A stretch of 61,527 bases of DNA, counting the filler, from Squatina squatina (Eukaryota), in assembly GCA_031763465.1 (NCBI GenBank). It is 3 parts of 3 records of this genome, joined end to end, with 100 filler letters (N's around TTAATTAATTAA, not from the genome) between each part and the next. Parts side by side here need not be neighbours in the genome. Positions count along the whole stretch, not along the records: positions 1 to 30,393 come from JARFOE010000046.1; 2 more parts are not named here. One strand, 5' to 3'. Below the pieces are notes generated by a model. The model was not told where the DNA came from and did not search any database. It saw nothing but the letters and a program-made list of their open reading frames with translations. Each line of letters opens with the position of its first letter. Position 1 is the stretch's first letter. Shown here in pieces: positions 10,026 through 23,045 of this stretch. Position numbers and translations under genes: made by a program.

Positions 10026-12945
10026 AGAGATCAAGGAAGTTGAGCNNNNNNNNNNNNNNNNNNNNNNNNNNNNNNNNNNNNNNNNNNNNNNNNNNNNNNN
10101 NNNNNNNNNNNNNNNNNNNNNNNNNNNNNNNNNNNNNNNNNNNNNTTCATTCATTTACCATTTGTGACACCATACTGTATGCAATTTGGACATTTGAGAA
10201 TAGATTTCCTGTCATCCCAATCACAAGATAGATTCAGATAAAGGAGATCATTGGATATATCTTAGCACATCGATTGATTCCTTCACCATGCCATCTGAAA
10301 TGATCTTGAGTAAATCTAAGGTTTTCACCTTAATACCCTACCTAGAAAACTATTCTCAATTGCTTCAAATAACATTTCACAGGTTTTAGCTGGGTTCTCT
10401 ATGCTTTATTGTCTCAGCAATGTCATTTAATAACTGATATATCTCTATAACTACCCCTCTCAACAACCTCCATTCATGGCTAAAACAGTTTTGTTTCACT
10501 AGTGTTCCTTTAACTCAGTCCTCGGATGTTAGGGAACAGCATTGTGTCACTCCTCTGCACCAATTTTATTGCTTGAATGTTTTTCTCATGTGGTGGCAAG
10601 GTGATCGGGACACAATTCTCAAGCTGAGGGTCTGATCAGCTAATTGATCATGTGTCACAGGTGAAACTTTGCACATTGCTTGTTGATTTTGTAATACCTG
10701 TGAAGCACTTCATGCTTTTCTATATTAAAGACACTATATAAATTCTAGTTGCTCTTGTAATATTTTCTGAGTGGTCAGAGCAGTTGAACCTTTTTAATTC
10801 ATGCATTGTGAACCAAGAACAGCAGAGGAAGGGTTGTCTTAAAGGAAGGCCATCCATGCAGCACTGGACTTGATATAATAAAAATGCTAACTTTACCATC
10901 ACCCCCAATTCACTTTCAACTTCCTGGGGAATGATGCATAGCACAACTGNNNNNNNNNNNNNNNNNNNNNNNNNNNNNNNNNNNNNNNNNNNNNNNNNNN
11001 NNNNNNNNNNNNNNNNNNNNNNNNNNNNNNNNNNNNNNNNNNNNNNNNNTACTTTAAATGGCTCTCCTTGCTCCAGTCCTTTGCGTTTATGTCAAGCTCA
11101 TTTGTCGTGGCAGTCATCATATCTACTCTCTTTAGACTCCAATGACTTTTAATATTAATTGTACTTAATAAATTAAATGTGATTCTATGGTTACGCCTGT
11201 ACCGTTATGCCTGACTTGTTTTTTATATGAGAGCTCCGAAGCGAGCGTAGGGCAAGCACATTACTAATGCAAAACAGTGCTAATTAGACTGCTGCGTTTA
11301 GCTGTGGTTTGGATATTTCAATATACAAGCATAATCATTAAAACACGCTAATGGAGGCATTAATGATAAGACAATAGTATATGTTAAATCAAGTATTTTG
11401 TTCAGACAGGATACCATTTGGATATTTCTATGTAATAATCAAATAGTATAATATTATACCCTAATGATACTCCTGTACTTTAATCAATATATTTATAGAA
11501 TCTGCATGTTTTGCTGTCAGAATGAGAGCGGTGCAGACGTTAATATTTGGAAATGAAGCAGTGTAGCATGTGTTTGTCATGCTACATCAATGTTTACAAT
11601 ATTAACATTTCACATGCTGCGGTGAATATGAATCCTGTGGCAAAGGTTCCAAGAATAACAATGCTTTTCAACAAAAATGTCATATTTGAAATGCAGTGCA
11701 GCAACATTATAAAAAAAGTTAAAAATAAATACCATATTCCCCTTGTGTGAAGGCTTGGCAGCTTTTTTAAAACAACTGCATTCTTACTCCTACTCCTATT
11801 CTTTGAATAGCCTGGATTATAGTGAACTTCTTTATTTGTGTTTAAAATATTGTTTTACAGTCAGTCCTTAAGAGGATCTGCAATACATGCTAAGCGTTTT
11901 GTTTTATATATTCTCAGGCACAGCAGTGTTATTCACTCCCGTAAGCGGCCTGAGCATTTCATACTGCCCACTACTGAATATAGCTTAACCCAATAATAGT
12001 ACCTGCTGAGTATTTCCAGATGTTTAGGCCTTTGATCAGTTCAAGATTATCTGAACTGGATACCTGTGTCGTTTTCACATGCCCCCATGTGTGCCTCTCC
12101 AATTTTTTAAAGGCGGATTGTGAAAACACTTGGTAANNNNNNNNNNNNNNNNNNNNNNNNNNNNNNNNNNNNNNNNNNNNNNNNNNNNNNNNNNNNNNNN
12201 NNNNNNNNNNNNNNNNNNNNNNNNNNNNNNNNNNNNTCACACCCATCAGACCAGATGGATTTAATGTTGAATTTCCTACCATTCCTGTTGTTGCTTTGGC
12301 AAATGGGTTGTATTAAAAGCAATCAGAAACTCAATCAGAAACTGTAGACCTCAGGCTTTCCTATTTTGCTGTACTCTGTAGACCCATTTAGTTCTGTGTT
12401 TGTAGACAACTGTTGTGAATCTGCTAGCATTTTTACAAGACAGCCAATGGTTTCACAGTGGGTACTGCTTTAATGTTTTTTTTATTGTGCACTTCTGCCT
12501 CTTGCACTGATCTTGCTGAAGTTTTTCTTATACATACCTGCAGAATCCCAATATGCATGACAAAAACCAATTTGAAATAAGTTTCAGATATATCTGTCCA
12601 CATTGATAAACAGCTCAGAGTTGTTTATCAATTTGCATTTTAAATTTACAAGTGTTCCATTTATGTATGAAACCTATTTTGTTAAGTTCTCTGTCAGTTG
12701 TATAGCAACAACCGTGTGTGTATGTTGCAATTCAAGTGTACTTTGCTACAATACAAATTACATCTGCGCCACCCCCGCCTCGAGTTTGTCTCAAAACATT
12801 TCTTTATCCAGCGCTCAGATTGTGGCTCTTCTTTTTTGATTGTTCNNNNNNNNNNNNNNNNNNNNNNNNNNNNNNNNNNNNNNNNNNNNNNNNNNNNNNN
12901 NNNNNNNNNNNNNNNNNNNNNNNNNNNNNNNNNNNNNNNNNNNNN

Positions 12946-13003
12946 GAAGGGCCTGTTATGTGCTGTATTTTCTATGTTCTATGTTCTATGTTCTATGTTC
13001 TAC
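12946..13003 (+). mobile_element. CR1-type 3' end with (TTCTATG)n tail
   Basis: gaagggcctgttatgtgctgta followed by about 4.5 copies of ttctatg, the characteristic CR1 microsatellite tail. Confidence 0.7.
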
Positions 13004-16000
13004 TATTGCCTGAAATATGTTCATTAGCTGCCAGTACAATAATTTTACCAAAAAATAGATATTGTTTTTGTGTACAGTAGCAGTTTGCAGTGCAGTACCA
13101 TTTGTTTAATGCAGTACCATTCGTTATCGCTTTCTACAACCATGAAACAGTCAATGCTGCAGTATAAAAACAGCCTGGAGGAAAGATTAGCCTAGTACAA
13201 ACTATTAAATGTCCTTTGTTACAACTAAATGTGAATACCTGCATTAAGTGTATTTACTTCCATGCCATAGGTCACGGTAAGGCATCTCGCAGAAAGGTTT
13301 TTAAATTAAAAATGAAATGGCAGCAGCTGTTGAAAAATAACATCAAAATCCCATAGCTGCAATACAAGCTATTAACATTCATGGGCTGAATCTTGCTCTG
13401 TGTGGGTGTGAAGAGTGTTTTGACAGTAACTATGTGCACAGCGTAGTTGCTGCCAAGCTGGAGGAACGGTGTCTTTCATATTATTGTACGGTTACCTGTC
13501 ACTGACCAAATCATAACATATTTAATCATTACCTTCACAATGTTACCTCACCAAAAATTAGGTCCTGACTCTGTTACGTTGCAGGCTCTAATACTGATGA
13601 TTTATTTTGGTGCAAAATGGCATCTTTACCAGTGGGATCCAGGAGTAAGCATAAATGAGTAGGATTGATTTGAAATAAAAACAGAAAATGCAGGAACTAC
13701 TCAGCAGGTCAGGCNNNNNNNNNNNNNNNNNNNNNNNNNNNNNNNNNNNNNNNNNNNNNNNNNNNNNNNNNNNNNNNNNNNNNNNNNNNNNNNNNNNNNN
13801 NNNNNNNNNNNNNNACGCATAGCCATTTTTAGATGCTATGGTGTGCCTGAGATAATGACTAATTTTTAATGAGATTTTAGCTGTATAAGAATTTCATTTA
13901 TAGTGGAGTTTCTAAAATACACCTGTACTGTTTGGTTAAATAATTGTAATTTGAAGAAAATATTTTTGCCATTCCTTTTTCACAATGCATCCCTGTAAAT
14001 GCTGAAAACCTTGAATAAGATTGTGCACTGCACATCATGAACCAATACATCATTTTCATTTCATGGCCTGTTGACATCTTTCCTGCTTTCTCCTATTAAG
14101 GTGGTAATTGCATAATTACTCCTTTAGTCTCCCAGCAAACCCAATACAATCTTTTTCTTAATTTTGTTCAGAAATAAAAATATATTCCCCTTTGGCCTCG
14201 AGCTATTACTNNNNNNNNNNGATTGTCCAAGGAATTTGTCTGGCATACATATCTGCAAAACTTGAATCTCAATGGCTTGAAAAACATACTGCTTAGTTTT
14301 GCTTCTCTCATTATATCCGGAATATTAAGGGCATTTTTTAAACTCCTAGAGAAATTATAAGCTTGTATCACAGTCATATGAAATGAACATTTGAAAAAGT
14401 GCACGGAATGACAATTTGTACGTTGTGATGATTTTCCTTGGCTTTCGTATCAATTGCCACCCTGGACACTGCACATTCTGTAAATAGTGACTGCCATTGA
14501 GGTAATAAGGCAGTAGCATCTTAACTGCTTGGCTACAACTGCATTTAAGATGTCAGCATTCCAATGAGCCTATTTTTCAATGTCTTGGTGACCAGCATGT
14601 CTGGTGGAGAAATGGGATGCCTGTGCAAGGGATGTTTCTGGAAGTGTATTCTACCGTAGTGGAGAATTCCGAGCGCCGGGGACAGCAATGACCTTGTACA
14701 GTAATGCTTCATCAGACGACTCATTCAACCTACGCCTTCCGTCATCTAGCAACCAAAGGTTAACCCCCAGTCAAAGCAACTATCAGGTAACGGTAATTAT
14801 TAGTTTTCCTTCGATCTGTTTGGAAATTGTGCTGCGATTGTGCAAACTTGAAAGAGATATGTAGTCATTTAAAATGTAGTTGTATGTGCATAAAATCACA
14901 TTGTTCACCTGCTGATTGCTTGCCTTTTGATTTTTAAAGCTCAGTAAAACTCCAGCATAAGTNNNNNNNNNNNNNNNNNNNNNNNNNNNNNNNNNNNNNN
15001 NNNNNNNNNNNNNNNNNNNNNNNNNNNNNNNNNNNNNNNNNNNNNNNNNNNNNNNNNNNNNNATAATCATTTAGCATTGACTCACTTTAATAGAATAGAA
15101 ATGTTTAACTCAAAATTTTTAGCATCCAGCTGAAGAGAAAATTTGGGAAGGGAGAAAAATAACTGAGTGAGTGGCTGACAGTGCTGATGTAAATGCACTT
15201 GAATGCTAATTTGTAAGGTTCATTTTATTTTCATTGCAGCAACACAGGCTGTTCAGGAGTATCATGTTTTAAAACTGGGGGCATTTCCTTCACCATTGAG
15301 TACTGGGTTTTTGATTTTATTTTCTTGGTGTTTTTGGTTATTTGATTAGAGGAAATATCCAAAGATTTTATTATTAACAATATTTTGTTTGTCTAGTAAA
15401 TGGCCACTGTTTTGGATTTCAACTTGAACATGCACAGGATTTTGCATTTGAATATAAAATGTGTGTATTTGTTATGCTTGCGACATGTCTACTGTGGCTT
15501 GTGCTGTCTACATGGTGGTGTTCTGTCCCAATTCTATCGTATTCTATCTGTTTCATCTGCTGTCTTTCCATAGTCCCACTTCCAGCTGATCGCTTTAAAT
15601 CTGTATCAATTTTTTTTCAAACCTGATTTAACTCCCCTTGCAAGATGCCTAGAATGCTAAACAGCAAGACATAATTTTAAAATCAGAGATTAAGATCAGG
15701 TACTTGCTGATATCACATCTGCGAGGTTTAACCAGTCCAAGATTTCTGAGGGAATGTACCCCAGATACATCATGCTATGTTGGAGATAATGATAAATCAG
15801 ACAGAATTATATTACCTCAAAGCTCTGAATAAACATATACATTGCATAGTCCTGACACATTATGGGCAAGATGATCTTGAGCATTATAATTCTTGGATTC
15901 TGCTCTTAGGTCGATCTTGGACCAATGAGGAGAAACAATATTGTCAATTTCACTAAACATGCTTCCTGAGGAATAATGAGTGGGAGAACTATTAAATAAA

Positions 16001-18385
16001 GCAATGCTGTTTGGCTGCTAGGTAGAAATCATATGGATTATTTATGCTTTATTCTGCCACACAACAGTTTAAAAAAATGAATAAGGGGAATGGGACAAGT
16101 TTTTTGAAGACTCCTTTTTCTACAGCTGACTGCTCCTCCAATAGCCTATCCTCTATCAATTATTCCAGGTGTCTCTCTTATATCTGTTGGTCCCAGTATC
16201 TGTCTTGTGCCTACTGCTTCTGCAGCTGGTTATGAGTCTGCCTCAGAGGAAAGGTTCCACTCGGAAACATCTCAAATCCCTGCTTCCCTCACTAGCTGTG
16301 TTACCATTCTTGCCATTGTTACTCAAGCAAAGTTAGCACTTGACAGCGAAACCTCTGCAGAGAAAATATAGATCCTGTCTTCCATTCTCACNNNNNNNNN
16401 NNNNNNNNNNNNNNNNNNNNNNNNNNNNNNNNNNNNNNNNNNNNNNNNNNNNNNNNNNNNNNNNNNNNNNNNNNNNNNNNNNNNNNNNNNNCAATGATTT
16501 GCATCTGGCCTCATCTCACTCATTGTTTCTCAGTATGCCATTGAATAGATTGCAGAAGTGCATGTGAAGCCACTTGTGAAATGCACAATATCCAGTTCAG
16601 ATCACGCCCCCTATTGTATCGTAAGATATTGGGCAGTACAGGCACTCTCCTAAACTTACAGGAATGACCAACATCACAGTACCCAAGAGAATGTCTAAGA
16701 TAGACCCAAAACTGCAAGAGTGACATTGGAGAGGAATGGGATAGGAGAGGAGGCGTAATTGATGGAAGAAAAAGAATATAGATAAATACAAAATGAGAAA
16801 ATTAAAGTGAAAGGTGGGATAGGCGGGTGCACAAACATATAATGCTTGACAGGTGTTCTGCAGAAGAAAGTAATTTCTACAGAACCTTTTCAGTATGAAA
16901 TATTAAAGACTAAAATACCTATTACTTGCATTACTCAGTCAGAAAGTCTTGTAATGTAAGTCCCAAGGCCTTTCCTTAAATAACAGCTCATTTTTTTCTG
17001 AGACTTTTAACATAAATTAAAAAAAAACAGTCTTGACCACCAAAGCAATCAAATGAGTTATTTAACTCCAGGAGACAGGACAATAATTAATTTATGAACT
17101 GCATCAGCATAAACAATCTGGAATTGTTGCCTCCAGTGTTCAGAATATCAACATCACTTTCCAGGTGTAATTTTCAGAGTTCACCTCGGAAAAGCAATTC
17201 TTTGTCTTGTCCTTTTGTTGTGGAGGCCTGGTCAATCTTGTTGGATTTTCTTGTGCCAGCTGTGAAAATGAGACAGCCCCTGGGGCTTTGAAACTATCAG
17301 GAAAATGTCAGCTACTATGGGCTGTGGTTTCACTGAGCTCTGAAAGGTGACATTTGCCGAATGACAGCGCACAGTGGGACACAGATGCATTATTTTTTTA
17401 TGGAATGATGGAAAGAACAAAAATTCAGCTTTTCATCTTGGGGCTGTAGGAAAGGGCCATATGAACTGGTGTAATGAGCTGGTGGGCGCAGGCAATCTTC
17501 CATGACAGTTGCAGAGAACTCAGCATGGTTTATAACAGGCCTTCAGCCATATTCTAACTAGTTGTAGCNNNNNNNNNNNNNNNNNNNNNNNNNNNNNNNN
17601 NNNNNNNNNNNNNNNNNNNNNNNNNNNNNNNNNNNNNNNNNNNNNNNNNNNNNNNNNNNNNNNNNNNNTTCATCTGTTTAACAGCATAACACTTCCCATA
17701 TGAGTTTCTGCTGCAAAAAGTAAGACAAATGAAGCATGTAGTTTGTTCCATTGACCAGATTCCAGTATTAACCAAGAAAAAAGATGTGCAATTCAAGAGT
17801 GACATGCATGTCACTGCAAATTATAACCTTGGAGTAACCTTCAACCAGTCTTGCGATCATTATTATTCACATCAATTTAAACACAGTAACATCAGAATAT
17901 AAGACAAAGGTGATGTGTGGTGACCCCATGTAGCCAAGTTTAATGGGATTATGCAGAGAGGAAAGTTAAATCTAATTTAACTGAACTGGTGCCACATTGA
18001 TTTCATGCTCAACCTAATGATGCTTTCAACTGTACTGGGCACTTAGTGACATTGCTTCACAAGAGTGTGAGACAGCCCCATTATTGAGAAGTCACCGGGG
18101 CAGCCCAATTAGTCTGCGCTGCGTTTCAAAAGTAAGGGGACCAAAAGGCCTGTTTTTTGCCCTCGTTTTGCACTGATTTGCTCTTTAAAATCTTTTCGGG
18201 TGGGCTATAAAATCAGCTAGAAGTCAGCGCTAATGGTTCCACGATCGACGCAAATTCAGCAAGACTGGTTTCAGCGGATCACTCCNNNNNNNNNNNNNNN
18301 NNNNNNNNNNNNNNNNNNNNNNNNNNNNNNNNNNNNNNNNNNNNNNNNNNNNNNNNNNNNNNNNNNNNNNNNNNNNNNNNNNNNN

Positions 18386-18800
18386 AACACCTCTATCAAA
18401 TCTCCCCTTAACCTTCTCTGCTCTAAGGAGAACAACCCCAGCTTCTCCAGTATCTCCATATAACTGAAGTCCCTCACCCCTGGTACCATTCTAGTAAATC
18501 TCTACTGCACCCTCTCTCGGGCCTTGACATCCTTCCTAAAAAGTGTGGTGCCCAGAATTAAACACAATATTTCAGCTGAGGCCTAACCAGTGTTTTATAA
18601 AAGGTTTAGCATAACTTCCTTGCTTTTGTATTCTATTCCTCTATTAATAAAACCAAGGACCCCGTGTGCTTTCTTACCAGTCTTCTCAACTTGAAAGTAC
18701 CACTTTCAAAAATTTGTGTGCATACACCCCCAGGTCCCTCTGTTCCTACATCCTCTTTAAAATTGTACCATCTGGTTCATATTGCCTCTCCTCAGACGTC
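18386..18800 (-). mobile_element. CR1 LINE ORF2 C-terminal fragment
   Basis: MVPGVRDFSYMEILEKLGLFSLEQRRLRGDLIEV contains the CR1 hallmark LGLFSLE.RRLRGDLIEV. Confidence 0.9.
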
Positions 18801-21800
18801 CTACCAGAATGTGTCACCGAAGATGTTACAGATGAACAGGATATAAGAAAGAACAGAACAAGGGAAAAGTCTTTGCTGTTATCACTTACATCACTTAATC
18901 ATTTCCTGTTCTACACCAAACCACTTTACAGATTATTCATTTTCTTTCCTTGTGTATGTGGTCATTTCCCCCACCACTTTTCCCTTCCCCTTGACAGGAT
19001 GATGCTTTTGGAATTGACATCTCAGTCACCCAGTATTCACATCCAGTGTCATCAGTAGATTTGTGGATTTCTCCAGCATTCAATATTCTTGAAAGAAAGA
19101 TGCTATTGGAAGTGATGTTGTCCCTACAAGGAAGTACAAGACCTGCCTATCTCCTGCTACAGGAATTTGAAAAAGTACCTTGTTGTATCAGCTTAGAATT
19201 TATCAGACTCCACTGAAAAGATGAGCTACAAAAGTTAATGAAACATACTCTATTAACCTGCTGTCCTGCCATTCATTTTTTGATCATTGAATTAGCTAAT
19301 TCTCTTGTGAACTCTTCCCAATCATTAAAAATCTCACCAGCAGTCAGTGTGGATGAGCAGAGTCTGTATGCAGAGTTCTGCTTTCCTTAACTTGACAATA
19401 ATGTGTGCAGGCAATGTAAACACAGCTGCCCATGTATATTACTGCTGAAAGAAAAATCGATACTGCACCCATTGGTGCAATACAAAAAGAACAGAAGTAA
19501 CACAGGCATAGTGCTGATGTGTGTTTGAGGCAATTCAAATAGGGGAACATTAAGATAATAATGCTAAAGATGAACTCCATATGCCTGAAAGATAGCTAAT
19601 GTTGGGCAGAAAAACACAATGAAAGAGCCTGATCAAACCAATAACATAAGTGAACTGCACAAATGATACTGCTATTTCTCAAGAGCTGCTAAAAATAGCA
19701 TCTTCTCTTTTATAACTCATCTCTCATCAGTTCCTGCAGACATTCCCATCAAAATATGACAAGGCCTTCATCATGCAAAATCACTTATGAAATCTGGGTG
19801 CACATCACTGAACACAATGAGATCCGAAGGCAATGGAAAACTAACCTCATTATTTGCTCCCTAAGACAGAAATCTACACCTCATAACAAAGAAGAATCAG
19901 CCTCATATTGGTTGCTGCAAAGCATATAATAGAACAGTTGGGCATCATGCGGTTTACATTGTGAGCGAGAACTAAACTAGAATTCATAAGGAGAAACTAA
20001 GCTACTTTGAATAAATCCTGTATATACACTGGACTGAATAATCAACCGAATTGCAGACCAACCGCTGCTTTCGCGCTCATCATTTTCTCTCAATACAGAA
20101 GTGTTGTGGAATTCCACATTAAATAGTTCCCGCAAGCAGACTGCTTTATGACCAATCAAAGTGCTTGGTCTTTGTAATCAGATGCCTCTCCAAGGAATGT
20201 GATGTTATAGCCAGATTACATCAAGGAGCTTTTCTCTGCCCAGTCACTTTTATTTTAAAAGTATATTGCTGCGATTTTGAAGCATATAGAAAATAGCCCC
20301 AAAATAAGTGTCCACCTCACGGTCACTTGTAACCAGTCTCTGTGACTGCATCCTAGGGGCTTGACAGCAAATCCTCGATATGAGAGATGCTCTTAATATG
20401 CTTGTAACTGAAGTAGCTACTGGCATGACTCAATAGCAAGTTTCAATGCAAACAGCTATTCCTTCATGATATCAGTCATGAGAGCTAATTTCACCATCCT
20501 GGCATTGGAGTGCTCCACACTACCAAGCCCACATTTCACAAATGATTTCTCTGTCCCAAATCACGGGGTCAAGGACATTAGAATCCGTAGGGTGGGGGCA
20601 TCGTGTCAGTGGCACTTCAGTGGTGCCAACTCCAGTCAGCTGTCAGGAAAATCAGAGATGTCCAGGAAGAGCCCAAGCAAGAAAAGGAGAGGGATACAAA
20701 AGCGAAATACTGCGGATGCTGGAATCTAGAATACAGACACAAATTGCTGGAAAAACTCNNNNNNNNNNNNNNNNNNNNNNNNNNNNNNNNNNNNNNNNNN
20801 NNNNNNNNNNNNNNNNNNNNNNNNNNNNNNNNNNNNNNNNNNNNNNNNNNNNNNNNNNGGCTGCTCTTTCCATTTGTATTTTCTTTTGTGTTTGGTAATT
20901 TGCATTTTCTCTTTTTAATGTGATCTTTTAGAATCCGTGTAACAAACTTACAGAATATCCCATTACTGTGTTTTGGTGGCAGAAAAATGGTGAATTGGAA
21001 CCTTAGAGATGCTATTCAGTTTCCCATCCCTCCCAACTATTTGAGTCTCCATTATCAATTTGTGAACACAGAACTGTGTAGCAGCAGTTCTGAATTACTC
21101 AATAGACCACATTGGGGAATTTTTGTCTCCCCAATATTTGTAACCATTTTTCCTCTGAATAAGTATGTTTGTATTTTTTTCAGAATAAAACTAATTACAA
21201 AATATTTTTAAAATAAAATTTAAGCTGTTTAACAAGGCAATATGTAATTACATCAAATTCTCTTGACGCAATTTAGATGCAATTATCTGTTCAACCTCAC
21301 CATAACAACAATCACTGTAGTTTCAGAATTTGTTAAGTGCACGCAGATGGATAACACAATAAATCTGAGAGATGAGTTAATTCCCCCAGGAGTTATTTAG
21401 AAGACGATTTTAGCATATTTAAAGAAGATAAGATTTTCTGTACTTGGGACATTACAGTATTTAAATCAAGCTTTACAACTTTCCAAATTAGTTACTTTTT
21501 CAGCTGCATTTAGTAATAAGTGTGAAAATATCTTGATGTTTATTTTGTTAAGCATTAATATTAAAAAATTATAAAAGTTTATAAGCATATTGGAGCTGGC
21601 AAAACCAAATAAACCAGCTTGTGAGAGACACTGGTGGGAAACCAATGCAAACTTGGTTGTGTGAGGTGGCCGGCCNNNNNNNNNNNNNNNNNNNNNNNNN
21701 NNNNNNNNNNNNNNNNNNNNNNNNNNNNNNNNNNNNNNNNNNNNNNNNNNNNNNNNNNNNNNNNNNNNNNNNNNNNNNNNNNNNNNNNNNNNNNNNNNNN

Positions 21801-22952
21801 NNNNNNNNNNNNNNNNNNNNNNNNNNNNNNNNNNNNNNNNNNNNNNNNNNNNNNNNNNNNNNNNNNNNNNNNNNNNNNNNNNNNNNNNNNNNNNNNNNNN
21901 NNNNNNNNNNNNNNNNNNNNNNNNNNNNNNNNNNNNNNNNNNNNNNNNNNNNNNNNNNNNNNNNNNNNNNNNNNNNNNNNNNNNNNNNNNNNNNNNNNNN
22001 NNNNNNNNNNNNNNNNNNNNNNNNNNNNNNNNNNNNNNNNNNNNNNNNNNNNNNNNNNNNNNNNNNNNNNNNNNNNNNNNNNNTCTGTCAAGAAGAATCT
22101 TGACAGGTCGCAAATGCCGGTTCAGTGGGCTTGCGCTGGGCAGCCTGAGAACCGGCATTTGTAACATCGTTCCCGCCCGGGGAAGATGGCAATTTCTGGC
22201 CCATTATGTTCATGTTACAAGTTGCGCCCACCGTAAATCGAGCTTCTGCGATCTCTTACGCTGGTGTAAAAAAAAACACTGCACTGGAAGCAGCCCTGCC
22301 CACGCCCCCAAGATCGAACGAATGAGCATGGTGGGTTTCAGCTGATTACTGCCCTTCGAGGAGGCTCGTCAAATCAAGCTGGGTTTCATTAGGCGCAAAG
22401 ACACTAGTAGGCACATTATAAAAGCTTATAAATATTTACTTTACTGAGAAACTGACTAGCGTACACTACTAATGGAACTAGTAAATGGTTGTGTATAGTT
22501 TTTAAAAATCATTTTCAGTGATTTTAAAATTGGGTTACTCACAGGTGGTGGACTAGACACTCTGATTACAAATGTTTATTTTTGAGCTGCATGAATGAAA
22601 CTGCACCAGTTGCCTCTCTGAAGTATATCAAGGAACATGTTGTAATACAAGGAAAGAAAATAAACAATTCCGATCTATTACGCTACCTGATTGCGCTGGT
22701 TTATGGAAGATTTTACATTTGTTGATACTCAAAGGTCTTTCAATGGAAATTTGAACCATAATTTCACTTTGGAGCGCTACGGCAATTGGCGCCTGGATTG
22801 TCAGTTGTAGCCCAAAGGCCTTTTGGACATCAGGTGCTAAGTGCTTGAATGAGGAATCTAGATCCAGCTGCGCGAGTCCGTTGCATATCTTAAGCCTTTT
22901 TTTGCCAAAGCTTTGCAATAGTGGAAACTTTTCAGAAATGATTGCGTTTACA

Positions 22953-23045
22953 TCATAGAATCTTAGAATGTTACAGCACAGAAGGAGGCCACGTGGCCCA
23001 TCACGCCTGTGCCGACTCTTTGAAAGAGCTATCTAATCAGTCCCC
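22953..23045 (-). mobile_element. CR1 LINE 3' end
   Basis: catagaatcttagaatgttacagcacagaaggaggcc is the reverse complement of the 3' ends near 39520-39563 and 40740-40785. Confidence 0.75.

Noticed and set aside
21466-22167. Long ORFs in the supplied track (also 25412-26409, 41617-42018, 48511-49077 and 58150-58620)
   Set aside because: Their length comes from N runs translated as X.
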